Positions 30,211 to 38,416 of a DNA stretch of 64,000 nucleotides are shown here, one piece after another. Below the pieces are notes generated by a model. That model did no database searches, had not been told where the DNA came from, and worked only from the letters and a program-made list of their open reading frames with translations. Position numbers and translations under genes: made by a program. The stretch is taken from IMG/VR virus record IMGVR_UViG_3300031521_000001; one strand, given 5' to 3'. Origin of the DNA: a virus. Each line of letters begins with the position of its first letter. Within the stretch, counting starts at the first letter, position 1.

Positions 30211-31619
30211 TCCCTTTTTATCTGAACTGAAGATATAGTAATTCTTCCTGTACCATCAGTCACTTTTACTGAATATTTTGATATTTCTGGAGACGAAATA
30301 ACAAGAGTTCTATTAAAAAATGGAATATATGGGGTTAATGTTCTTGTGCCATCATCATAATCTAGATTTTGATCATTATATATTATGTTACCGTATGAAT
30401 CAGTCCATTCATATGTGTAATTATAATCTCCTCCATTAGCATTCACACTAAGTATTGATGTTTGACCTATACTAATGTGATCAGGTGTTGCTATTGCAAA
30501 AGCTTTGAATTGTACATTATCTGATCTCTTTTTAATTTTACTAAACAATGCCAATATAATGGACAATACGCCAAATATGCTTGTTATAGAGGATGTTATA
30601 GTTTTTATAATTGCTAATATTCCTATTATTGTTGCTAATATTCCTGTCAAAACTGATATTGGTAATAAATATCCTACAAAATCAAATGCGCTTAAAAATG
30701 GAAATATTTCACCTATTTTAGATTGTAAATTTTTTATAGCGATTATCATAGATTTTACTGCTGTTAAAGCTGTTGGTATTCCAGCACCAAATGGTAAAAT
30801 TACTAATGATGAGACTAATGATGATAGAGACAACGCAATTGTTTCAATGGTGTCAGCTATTAAATCTACAAATTCTCCTAATTTTATTCCTAACTGCTTT
30901 AATGAATCTTTTAATTCTTTTATCCATTTGTCAATTTGTTTTGATATCGGATGAGTTTCGCTTAAAGATGGATAATATTTATCATCAGTTGGTTTTGATA
31001 CACAACTTGGATCTATTAAATCATTATCATATAATACATCATTTTTATAATACAATTTTCCATATATGAATAATTGAGCATTTTCTTCTGTCATTTCTGG
31101 TGTTGATATTAATAATATTTTTTTTGCTGTTTGTTTTTTAGTTAATAATAGAGGTTCAATTACATTCCATAGATTAGTAGTTATTTTAGATATAGGAGAC
31201 AAACCTAATTCTTGAAGAGTGACAATATCTTCCTTTATTCCATCTATATTCTTTTTTAATTCATCAGTCCCTAATTTTACAATGTTTCCTGATGTAGCTC
31301 CTGATGTTGATATCAGAGCTGATTTTGATGTTGAAATATTTTTTTCTGTATTTATACCACTAATATTTGCTGTGTTTGTTGTAGTGTCTGAAAAACTTGT
31401 AAATGGATATAATATATTTGTACTATTAGAATAATATCCTTTTCCAGTTTCAATCCTAGCTTTAATTGAACGTATAGCTCCATCCTCACCTGAATAAGAA
31501 ACTCCATTGATATATGGCTTAAAATAAGTAACAAATTGTTGAGTATCAATTACCTCACCATTATATCTTATTTCAACATAAATTGTACCATCTGATGTAT
31601 AACTTTTAAATTCAAACAT
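30207..31619 (-). CDS. membrane-associated protein with C-terminal Ig/PKD-like domain
   Basis: Long hydrophobic helices, then ANGG..NYTYEW..YSVKVTDGTG. Confidence 0.65.
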   Translation of the reverse strand: MFEFKSYTSDGTIYVEIRYNGEVIDTQQFVTYFKPYINGVSYSGEDGAIRSIKARIETGKGYYSNSTNILYPFTSFSDTTTNTANISGINTEKNISTSKSALISTSGATSGNIVKLGTDELKKNIDGIKEDIVTLQELGLSPISKITTNLWNVIEPLLLTKKQTAKKILLISTPEMTEENAQLFIYGKLYYKNDVLYDNDLIDPSCVSKPTDDKYYPSLSETHPISKQIDKWIKELKDSLKQLGIKLGEFVDLIADTIETIALSLSSLVSSLVILPFGAGIPTALTAVKSMIIAIKNLQSKIGEIFPFLSAFDFVGYLLPISVLTGILATIIGILAIIKTITSSITSIFGVLSIILALFSKIKKRSDNVQFKAFAIATPDHISIGQTSILSVNANGGDYNYTYEWTDSYGNIIYNDQNLDYDDGTRTLTPYIPFFNRTLVISSPEISKYSVKVTDGTGRITISSVQIKRD

Positions 31620-31707
31620 ATTATTATTAATTTTTATTATATATAAAAATGTTAATGTTATATTTGAATTTCAAATATTAATATATAATAAAAAATAAAA
31701 TTTTCAC

Positions 31708-32991
31708 ATGAGAAATCTATATTCAAAGACTGAATTTTTAAATATTAAAAATGATATAAATCCAATAAATGAAGGATTATTTAACTTTATAGGTAAACTA
31801 TTTAGTAATATTTCAACTTACATAAAAAAAGTAAAAGGTGGACAAGAAATTCAAGACATATATAATAAATATTTAAAAAAAATTAATGATGATATTAAGA
31901 AAAAAGTACAAGTTGATTTGAACTTGACTGCTGAGGTACAAATAAATTCTACTACAAAAACAACTACTCCTACTACAACTATTGAACCTGTTGCTTCAAG
32001 TACAACCAATGATACTAAGCCTGCTGACACTGAAGTAAAAAAAGAAAGTAACACAGTAAGAGTACATTTGAAAAATAAAATAAATGAAGCTGATGTTGCA
32101 ACAGCAGTTGACAAAGCAACAAATGCTGTAAATACAGTTAAAAACACAGTTAATCAAGCTAAGGAAGCAATCTCACCAGGCACAGAAGCAAAAGAAGCAG
32201 GTACCAATGTTAAAATGTCAATCTCTGCATTAAAAGGCAAAGCAAATCTAATTCAGCAAATAATTGATGCTGATGCTGAAGTTGCAAAAAATGAAATGAA
32301 TAGAGTTTTGGCTAAATATGGTGGAGCAGAAAAAAATCCAAAATTGACTACTATAATAGCAAACAAAGTTGACGAATTTAAATTGGCATTTTTAAACGCC
32401 AAAATAAAAATATATGATGCTGGTGGAGACAAAACATCATCTCTTGCTGTTGCAAAAAATAGAGATGTATTATCTAAACAGTTAGATGAGAAATGGAAAA
32501 ATTTATCGAAAGAGACTCCTGCTGATGCATCATCTGAGCAATCTACTGATTTTAAAATTGGTGATACCGTAAAATATCATTCAGATTCATTGAATAAAAA
32601 CGTTGAAGAAAAAATAATTAAAGTAGAAGGAGATAAATTAACATTTAATGGAGCTAACGGAGAATTTACTAAAAATAAAAGTGAAGTAACTAAAAATAAT
32701 ACTACAGAAACTCCTGTTGAAAAACCTGTTGAAAAACCTTCTGAAAAACCTGTTGAAAAACCTGTTGAAAAACCTTCTGAACCAATAGTATTTAAAGAAG
32801 GAGATAGAATTAGTTGGACGCCAGAAGGGCAAGATAAAGAAATAATCAGAACTATAACTAAAGTAGAAGGAGATAAATTAACATTCAAAGAAGGAGATAA
32901 GACAGAAGGTAAAGATATGACTAAAAAATCAAGTGATGTTAAAAAAATAGAAGCAAAAACTGCTGCCTCTCAAGTTCAGCCTGCAAAATAA
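31708..32991 (+). CDS. probable virion protein with duplicated SH3-like domains
   Basis: INE sites, FKIGDTV and FKEGDRI with KVEGDKLTF twice, PVEK linker. Confidence 0.7.
   Translation: MRNLYSKTEFLNIKNDINPINEGLFNFIGKLFSNISTYIKKVKGGQEIQDIYNKYLKKINDDIKKKVQVDLNLTAEVQINSTTKTTTPTTTIEPVASSTTNDTKPADTEVKKESNTVRVHLKNKINEADVATAVDKATNAVNTVKNTVNQAKEAISPGTEAKEAGTNVKMSISALKGKANLIQQIIDADAEVAKNEMNRVLAKYGGAEKNPKLTTIIANKVDEFKLAFLNAKIKIYDAGGDKTSSLAVAKNRDVLSKQLDEKWKNLSKETPADASSEQSTDFKIGDTVKYHSDSLNKNVEEKIIKVEGDKLTFNGANGEFTKNKSEVTKNNTTETPVEKPVEKPSEKPVEKPVEKPSEPIVFKEGDRISWTPEGQDKEIIRTITKVEGDKLTFKEGDKTEGKDMTKKSSDVKKIEAKTAASQVQPAK
32713..32784 (+). repeat. 12-bp tandem repeat x6 (P-V/S-E-K)
   Basis: CCTGTTGAAAAA / CCTTCTGAAAAA units within the coding region. 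Confidence 0.85.
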
Positions 32992-33002
32992 AAAGAAATG
33001 AA

Positions 33003-33845
33003 ATGAATATAATAACATACTGTGAATATTTAACAGAAAATTCACAATCTTCTATATCTGAGTTCTTGAAATCTCAATATCATAAAATATTTCCTGAACC
33101 TACTGAGTCCCTAAATACATTATTCTCATCTTTCATTAAACGATTAGATATTGATAAAAATGTATCTGTTTTATATCAGAGTTATTTGAAAAATAGTCAA
33201 TCACTTACTCAAAATGAGATAAATAATTCTAAAACTATTATTGATGTCGATAAAATATTAACTGAGAGTATTAAATATTTTTATTTTTCTTTAATTCCAA
33301 TTGTTAATAGATTACAAACAGATGAATTTACTGTAAGTGAAATATTTAGTAGATCAAGAGACAAGAGATTGATGACATTAATGAGCTATTCAGAAGATAA
33401 ATTTTCAAATGCTGTGTCCACCTATGCTTCTGCTGTTATTGAGGAAATTAAAACTTCAGCAAATATAACAACTGGTACTACAACACCAATAGCTAATACT
33501 ACTGTTACAGAAGCTATAATATATAGAATAAATTATAAAATTGATAAAATACTAGAAGCTGATGATACTTCTACTATAACTAATTTGATAAATTATAAAA
33601 AAGCTGTTATAAATTGGATCAATATAACGTTGTATGATTTAATAAAACCTAAACTTCAATTATTAAGGCAGTTAGGCTTAAATACTAGCGATAGTGTAGA
33701 TCAATTGGCGAATCAAATGAAAGGAACTACCAATGAAAATGCAAAAAAAATGATTCTTAATAAAATTTTTAATATGAATAAAGAAGAATTACAAGCATTG
33801 ACTAATACATTAGGATTAACTAAAGAACAATTAGGAGATTTATAA
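33003..33845 (+). CDS. hypothetical protein (IITYCEYLTE tag)
   Basis: 280 aa, co-oriented with neighbours. Confidence 0.7.
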   Translation: MNIITYCEYLTENSQSSISEFLKSQYHKIFPEPTESLNTLFSSFIKRLDIDKNVSVLYQSYLKNSQSLTQNEINNSKTIIDVDKILTESIKYFYFSLIPIVNRLQTDEFTVSEIFSRSRDKRLMTLMSYSEDKFSNAVSTYASAVIEEIKTSANITTGTTTPIANTTVTEAIIYRINYKIDKILEADDTSTITNLINYKKAVINWINITLYDLIKPKLQLLRQLGLNTSDSVDQLANQMKGTTNENAKKMILNKIFNMNKEELQALTNTLGLTKEQLGDL

Positions 33846-33860
33846 AAATAATAAATAAAA

Positions 33861-34238
33861 ATGGAAATACAAAAATTTGAAGCATATCAATATAGAGGCA
33901 AAAAATTAGATGTTATAAATAGAAAAGAATTTATAAATGAACTCAATGATGTTTTTACTTCTGAAATGTTTGGATATAATAATAATGGTACAACTTATCA
34001 TCCTAATACAGAAACATTAGATATTTATTTACATGATGATAAAACAGGAGAAGATAAAACAATAAGATTGGATTTATCTGACATGGGAATAGAAATAGGA
34101 CACACTGATTGGTATGATGAAGATGAACAAGAAGACGATGGAGACTTAGGTGTATTTGTACCAGAAAGAAATTTAGATTTGTCAATAACCAAAGCTTATA
34201 AGTCTCAAAAAAAGGATATGAATAAATTTAACATATAA
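33861..34238 (+). CDS. tagged small protein (MEIQKFEA...NKFNI)
   Basis: Both terminal motifs present. Confidence 0.7.
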   Translation: MEIQKFEAYQYRGKKLDVINRKEFINELNDVFTSEMFGYNNNGTTYHPNTETLDIYLHDDKTGEDKTIRLDLSDMGIEIGHTDWYDEDEQEDDGDLGVFVPERNLDLSITKAYKSQKKDMNKFNI

Positions 34239-34300
34239 TATACCTGAAATATTTTGATATTTAAAAAGAATTTATTATCTTTGTGATCTAATATAAAACT

Positions 34301-34642
34301 ATGAAGATAATAAATTTTTTGTTTTGTAAATCTGAACAAACTATGCATATAGTTAGTGATGATATTGATAATTGTGTTAAATATAAAGATAAATGGATTC
34401 AGCCTTATACAGAAGGAATTAAGAATAGAATAATTGATGATTCTAATAATTTAATTGACGAAGTTAATTTGAAATATAAAAAAAGAAACAAAAAAGAATT
34501 AATCAGTGAAATAACATTATGTTTAAATAGAATAGATATAAACTATGAAGAACATGGTATTAGTGATAAACAATATCAATTTGAATTTGATCATTTCATA
34601 AAATCTACAATATTAATGTATAAAAAAGAAGATAATAAATGA
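34301..34642 (+). CDS. hypothetical protein
   Basis: Preceded by TTTG(34253)-N19-TATCTTTG(34276). Confidence 0.65.
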   Translation: MKIINFLFCKSEQTMHIVSDDIDNCVKYKDKWIQPYTEGIKNRIIDDSNNLIDEVNLKYKKRNKKELISEITLCLNRIDINYEEHGISDKQYQFEFDHFIKSTILMYKKEDNK

Positions 34643-35037
34643 AAGTAAATAAAATTTATGATAATTTGATTAAGAAAATCGATTTTTCATATGAAGATAT
34701 GAATGAATTCGAAGGTTGGAAATCATTATCAAATGCTAACTATTTTATGAGAGATTTTTATAATAGCAGTGATGATAATCGTAAAAACAATAATATACAC
34801 TGTATCAAATTTGGTAGACTGAAAAATGTATTTGGAGAACCTAATTTTCAAGATAATTATAATGGCTCATTTTGGTGGATATTAGAATATAAGGGAGATA
34901 AATATTCTATAGATATTAATACACACGAAGGAAGTGGTGTTTGTAAATATATTACTGATGATATCAATGTTATGTATGATGATAAATTTAACAAAGATGC
35001 ATCAGAATTTAGCGAACAATTATTTAAACAAATATAA
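34639..35037 (+). CDS. hypothetical protein
   Basis: 132 aa, 4-nt overlap with the previous gene. Confidence 0.65.
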   Translation: MKVNKIYDNLIKKIDFSYEDMNEFEGWKSLSNANYFMRDFYNSSDDNRKNNNIHCIKFGRLKNVFGEPNFQDNYNGSFWWILEYKGDKYSIDINTHEGSGVCKYITDDINVMYDDKFNKDASEFSEQLFKQI

Positions 35038-35059
35038 ATTAAAAATAATTCAATAAATA

Positions 35060-35091
35060 TTTGGTAGTTTCAAAACTTTATATTACTTTTG
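35060..35091 (+). promoter_or_regulatory. Bacteroidota sigmaA-type promoter upstream of the tRNA leader
   Basis: TTTG (35060-63), 20-nt spacer, TACTTTTG (35084-91). Confidence 0.65.
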
Positions 35092-35328
35092 TTCTATAAA
35101 TAAAAAATAAATTGATTGATATAAAAAATGTGTAGTTGAACGTTACAGGAAAGTGTATCAAGATTAAGTAAATGAGTTAATGTCTTTCTATTGCTCTAAA
35201 TAAATCTTAAAAAAAGTTCTTCATATCAATCAATTTTTAAAAATAGAAAAAAATGACATTTTTTATATAATATATAAGAAAGTAGAAAATAAATTAAACA
35301 AAAAATAGATTTTAATATATACAATATC

Positions 35329-35430
35329 ATGAACAACATTAGTAGAAATATCACAGCGAACACAACAGCAACTACTCCCGTAACAGGAGGCAGACCAGTG
35401 GCGTATTTGGGTGATAACAATCTAAGTTGA
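35329..35430 (+). CDS. putative leader peptide of the tRNA operon (MNNISRNITANTTATTPVTGGRPVAYLGDNNLS)
   Basis: 33 codons, GC-richer than the genome, T/A/P/V/G/R core, overlaps the antiterminator arm. Confidence 0.7.
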   Translation: MNNISRNITANTTATTPVTGGRPVAYLGDNNLS

Positions 35431-35501
35431 TATTTTTATAAAATATTTTAATAGTGTTAAAACCCAAAGATGATTATTCAACTTTGGGTTTTTCTTTTTT
35501 T
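35406..35501 (+). promoter_or_regulatory. attenuator: antiterminator (35406-24 with 35452-68) versus terminator (35459-92 plus U-tract)
   Basis: TTTGGGT-GA-TAACA-AT-CTA pairs with TAG-TGTTA-AA-ACCCAAA, which overlaps the left arm of AAAACCCAAAG...CTTTGGGTTTT. Confidence 0.7.
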
Positions 35502-35511
35502 ATAATTAATT

Positions 35512-35590
35512 GGTCCTGTAGTGGCAGAATTTCCTAAATTCTATGTGCATAATGGAATGAAAAATGAGAGTTCGAATCTCTTCTGGATCA
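35512..35590 (+). tRNA. atypical tRNA-Arg(CCT)-like RNA lacking a D-arm, with extended variable region
   Basis: Acceptor GGTCCTG/CTGGATC, anticodon arm AGAAT-TTCCTAA-ATTCT, T-arm GAGAG-TTCGAAT-CTCTT. Confidence 0.6.
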
Positions 35591-35616
35591 CAAATGAGTT
35601 CTTTGAGTAAATAAAT

Positions 35617-35692
35617 ATAGTAGTATAGGAGTCAGGCTTATCTAGCTATCCTTGGACGATAGAGCACGTGAGTTCAAATCTCACCTACTATA
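35617..35692 (+). tRNA. tRNA-Pro(TGG)
   Basis: ATAGTAG/CTACTAT, CTATC-CTTGGAC-GATAG, GTGAG-TTCAAAT-CTCAC. Confidence 0.75.
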
Positions 35693-35697
35693 CAAAT

Positions 35698-35776
35698 GGT
35701 CTTGTAATGGCGGAGTTTTCTAAACTCTATGTGCATAATGGAATGAAAAATGAGGGTTCGACCCCCTCCTGGACTA
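35698..35776 (+). tRNA. atypical tRNA-Arg(TCT)-like RNA lacking a D-arm, with extended variable region
   Basis: GGTCTTG/CTGGACT, GGAGT-TTTCTAA-ACTCT, GAGGG-TTCGACC-CCCTC; paralog of 35512-35590. Confidence 0.6.
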
Positions 35777-35785
35777 CAATGAATA

Positions 35786-35848
35786 TCAGGTGTATGTGGT
35801 AGTGTCTCGGGATCCGACACAAGAAAGTTCGACTCTTTCTCACCTGAC
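35786..35848 (+). tRNA. truncated D-armless tRNA-like element (Pro-like)
   Basis: TCAGGTG/CACCTGA, GTGTC-TCGGGATCC-GACAC, GAAAG-TTCGACT-CTTTC. Confidence 0.45.
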
Positions 35849-35855
35849 AATAAAT

Positions 35856-35931
35856 AGAGTAGTAGACCAATTGGCAGGTCGCTTCATTTGGGATGAAGAC
35901 ATTACTGCGGGTTCGATGCCCGTCTACTCTA
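35856..35931 (+). tRNA. tRNA-Pro(TGG)
   Basis: AGAGTAG/CTACTCT, GACC/GGTC D-stem, CTTCA-TTTGGGA-TGAAG. Confidence 0.85.
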
Positions 35932-35982
35932 CTGATTATCAAGTAGTTATACTTGTGTTCTTTGAAATGATGATACAAAAAT

Positions 35983-36057
35983 GGGGGCGCATGTACCATG
36001 GCTCGGCGATGAACACTTGCAATGTTCGTGTGGTGGATTCAATTTCCATCGTCTCCA
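35983..36057 (+). tRNA. tRNA-Ala(TGC)
   Basis: GGGGGCG/CGTCTCC with G3:U70, GAACA-CTTGCAA-TGTTC; irregular D-arm. Confidence 0.75.
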
Positions 36058-36129
36058 CAATTTTTAACGTTCAGTTCAAAATGACTTTTTTCCACTTTTT
36101 TATTTTTATATATAAAAATAAAAATAATT

Positions 36130-37032
36130 ATGAAGTGTAAAAATTGTGGCAATGAAATAGCTGAAAATAGAACATATTGTTCTTTGAGTTGTAGAAATAT
36201 TTATGTTAATAAAAATTTAAGAGATTATACAAAAGTAAAAGATACTGCTGATAAAAAAAGAAAAATTAAAGAAGATTTATATTATGTTAATCCTAAACAT
36301 TGTAGACAATGTGACAATGTTATAAGTTTTGAAAATAAGAGATTAGACTTCTGCAACCATAGTTGTTCTGCTTCTTATACAAATAAGGGAAACAAAGGAA
36401 GAAAACATAATTTGAGTGATGATGGTAGAAAGGCTTTAATTGAATCTGCATATAAGAATTTTAATAATCCTGATATAATAAGAAAAGATTGTTTCTTAAA
36501 AGAAAAAGAATATTATTATGAAGAACCAAAGAAGTGTTTAAATTGTGAAAAAATATTAGAATTTAAAAAAAGAAATAATATTTTTTGTAATATTAATTGC
36601 AAAAAAGAATATTATAGTAAAAATTTAGAAGATTTTAAATTATATAAATCATTAACCAAATTTAAATTTCATTTAAAATATTATAGTGATGAGTTTGATT
36701 TTATTTTGATTGAGAATAATGGTTGGTATAAAGCTAAAAATAATGGAGATAATGTTGATGGTGTTAGTAGAGATCATATGATATCTGTAAAAGATGGATT
36801 TAGAAAATTGATAAATCCTTTGTTAATTTCTCATCCATCAAATTGTGAATTGATTATTAATAGAAAAAATCAAAGCAAATCTGACAAATGTTCTTTAACA
36901 ATAGAAGAACTTTTAAATAGAGTAGAAATTTTTGAAATTAAATATGGTAAATATTATGAAAAAGATATCAAAACATATATAGATTTGAATGAGTTGAAAG
37001 ATATTTATAATGAATATAAATATTGTAATTAA
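36130..37032 (+). CDS. HNH-type homing endonuclease with zinc-ribbon repeats, inside the tRNA array
   Basis: Three CxxC..CxxxC modules; GVSRDHMIS..SHPSNCELI..NQSK. Confidence 0.75.
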   Translation: MKCKNCGNEIAENRTYCSLSCRNIYVNKNLRDYTKVKDTADKKRKIKEDLYYVNPKHCRQCDNVISFENKRLDFCNHSCSASYTNKGNKGRKHNLSDDGRKALIESAYKNFNNPDIIRKDCFLKEKEYYYEEPKKCLNCEKILEFKKRNNIFCNINCKKEYYSKNLEDFKLYKSLTKFKFHLKYYSDEFDFILIENNGWYKAKNNGDNVDGVSRDHMISVKDGFRKLINPLLISHPSNCELIINRKNQSKSDKCSLTIEELLNRVEIFEIKYGKYYEKDIKTYIDLNELKDIYNEYKYCN

Positions 37033-37034
37033 AT

Positions 37035-37105
37035 GCGAATGTAGCACAATGGTAGTGCATCTGTTTACCAAGCAGAGGATGACAGTTCGATTCTGTTTAT
37101 TCGCT
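37035..37105 (+). tRNA. tRNA-Gly(ACC)
   Basis: GCGAATG/TATTCGC with U73, GCAC/GTGC, TCTGT-TTACCAA-GCAGA, GACAG-TTCGATT-CTGTT. Confidence 0.8.
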
Positions 37106-37116
37106 CAATAAAAAAT

Positions 37117-37201
37117 GCGATAGTCGCCTAGTGACCGATGGCGCTGGGTTGCCAATCCAGTAAGCGAAAGCACACCGTGAGTTTGAATCTCATCTATCGC
37201 T
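37117..37201 (+). tRNA. tRNA-Gly(GCC) with long variable arm
   Basis: GCGATAG/CTATCGC with U73, CTGGG-TTGCCAA-TCCAG, variable GC-GAAA-GC. Confidence 0.75.
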
Positions 37202-37203
37202 CA

Positions 37204-37674
37204 AATTTAAAAATTAATAAGTATGAAAGAGCTAAAAGCATAACTCCTACTCAAAAGAAGAGTAGGAAATATTCAGATTCATTCAATGAATCATTTAAAT
37301 TTTATTTAGATTGTTACAGAAAAATTGGATTAGATTTTTCTGGTACATACAATCCAATTATAAAAAATGATATCAATGGTGATAGTTGCAAAGAGATTTT
37401 CAAAAAATTTGAAAATGGAGAATTCAAATTTAAAGAAATATTAACTAAACACCCAAATATAGTATTTGGTGTTATAAAAGGAAAGAAAAGTTGGGGATTA
37501 CATGTTAAAATGTGGTCAGAAGGAATTTCAGAAGGTTCATTTAGAAAAATAGAAGTCCTTGAGGAATTTTATGAAAAAAATGTCATAATACCTGATTCTT
37601 TTATGAGAGAGTTTAATGAATCAGTAATAAGACACACTAAAAAGTATCTAGATAATTATAGAATAAATAAATAA
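37204..37674 (+). CDS. hypothetical protein inside the tRNA array, start uncertain
   Basis: Protein-like open frame to 37674; the track ATG (37138) lies inside tRNA-Gly. Confidence 0.5.
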   Translation, partial: NLKINKYERAKSITPTQKKSRKYSDSFNESFKFYLDCYRKIGLDFSGTYNPIIKNDINGDSCKEIFKKFENGEFKFKEILTKHPNIVFGVIKGKKSWGLHVKMWSEGISEGSFRKIEVLEEFYEKNVIIPDSFMREFNESVIRHTKKYLDNYRINK

Positions 37675-37682
37675 ATTAACAA

Positions 37683-37768
37683 GCGAGTGTCGCATAGCGG
37701 TCGATTGCACTAGCCTTCCAAGCTAGAAAGATAATATCACATCTGGGGTCCGACTCCCCATACTCGCT
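37683..37768 (+). tRNA. tRNA-Gly(TCC) with long variable arm
   Basis: GCGAGTG/TACTCGC with U73, CTAGC-CTTCCAA-GCTAG, variable GAT-AAT-ATC. Confidence 0.75.
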
Positions 37769-37814
37769 CATAATCAGATAGTTATAATAATTATAACTTA
37801 GATATTTTAGATTT

Positions 37815-37885
37815 GGCCCTGTGGCGTAACGGAAGCGTATGACTATTACAAGGTTTGGGAGATGGTTCGATTCCATCTGGGGCTA
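37815..37885 (+). tRNA. tRNA-Val(TAC), weak anticodon stem (possibly pseudo)
   Basis: GGCCCTG/TGGGGCT, loop ATTACAA, GATGG-TTCGATT-CCATC. Confidence 0.55.
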
Positions 37886-37899
37886 CTTTTTTTGAATAT

Positions 37900-37974
37900 A
37901 GGATTTTAACTCAGTTGGTTCAGAGTATTTGTTTAACAAGCAAAAAGTCATTGGTTCGATTCCAATAAGTCCTA
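37900..37974 (+). tRNA. tRNA-Val(AAC)
   Basis: AGGATTT/AAGTCCT, ACTC/GAGT, TTTGT-TTAACAA-GCAAA, ATTGG-TTCGATT-CCAAT. Confidence 0.8.
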
Positions 37975-37981
37975 CAATAAT

Positions 37982-38053
37982 GCCGATGTAGCTCAGTGAT
38001 AGAGCGCCACCTTAGTAACGTGGATGTCGTGAGTTTAATCCTCACCCTTGGCT
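37982..38053 (+). tRNA. tRNA-Thr(AGT)
   Basis: GCCGATG/CCTTGGC, GCTC/GAGC, CCACC-TTAGTAA-CGTGG. Confidence 0.7.
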
Positions 38054-38061
38054 CAATAAAA

Positions 38062-38136
38062 CGGGATGCGATCCATAGTGAGAGGTTACTGGTATTGGAC
38101 ACCAGGTTATTGCAAGTTCGAGTCTTGTCATTCCGA
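38062..38136 (+). tRNA. tRNA-Pro(TGG)
   Basis: CGGGATG/CATTCCG with A73, CTGGT-ATTGGAC-ACCAG. Confidence 0.7.
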
Positions 38137-38146
38137 CAATAAAAAT

Positions 38147-38219
38147 GCTTTAGTAGTTCAATTGGTAGAACGTTACCCTTGTAAGGTAAATGTTGAGGGC
38201 TCAAGTCCTTTTTAAAGCT
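38147..38219 (+). tRNA. tRNA-Thr(TGT)
   Basis: GCTTTAG/TTAAAGC, GTTC/GAAC, TTACC-CTTGTAA-GGTAA. Confidence 0.8.
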
Positions 38220-38227
38220 CAAATAAT

Positions 38228-38311
38228 GCACAATTCGCATAGTGGCTATTGCTCTGGCTTTGTAACCCAGCATCCGAAAGGATATCATCAGTTCGAGTCT
38301 GATATTGTGCT
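38228..38311 (+). tRNA. tRNA-Thr(TGT) with long variable arm
   Basis: GCACAAT/ATTGTGC with U73, CTGGC-TTTGTAA-CCCAG, variable ATCC-GAAA-GGAT. Confidence 0.65.
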
Positions 38312-38416
38312 CAATTAAATAAACTTTTATAAAAATTATATCTATATTTATTATAAATAATTTGGTATTATGAGAATAAATAATTACTTTTATAACATAA
38401 CACAATGAAAAATTAT

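Noticed and set aside
35125-35215. Possible additional structured RNA between the promoter and the leader ORF
   Set aside because: No convincing acceptor or T-arm pairing could be built by eye.
35226-36140. Track ORFs 35226-35420, 35727-35999 and 35790-36140 (likewise 37676-37876 and 37920-38405)
   Set aside because: They overlap the leader or tRNA genes and are open only because of locally higher GC.
38228-38311. Reading this long-variable-arm tRNA as Tyr(GTA)
   Set aside because: Stem register centres TGT, and C2:G71 with U73 matches the other Thr tRNAs here. Kept as Thr with moderate confidence.
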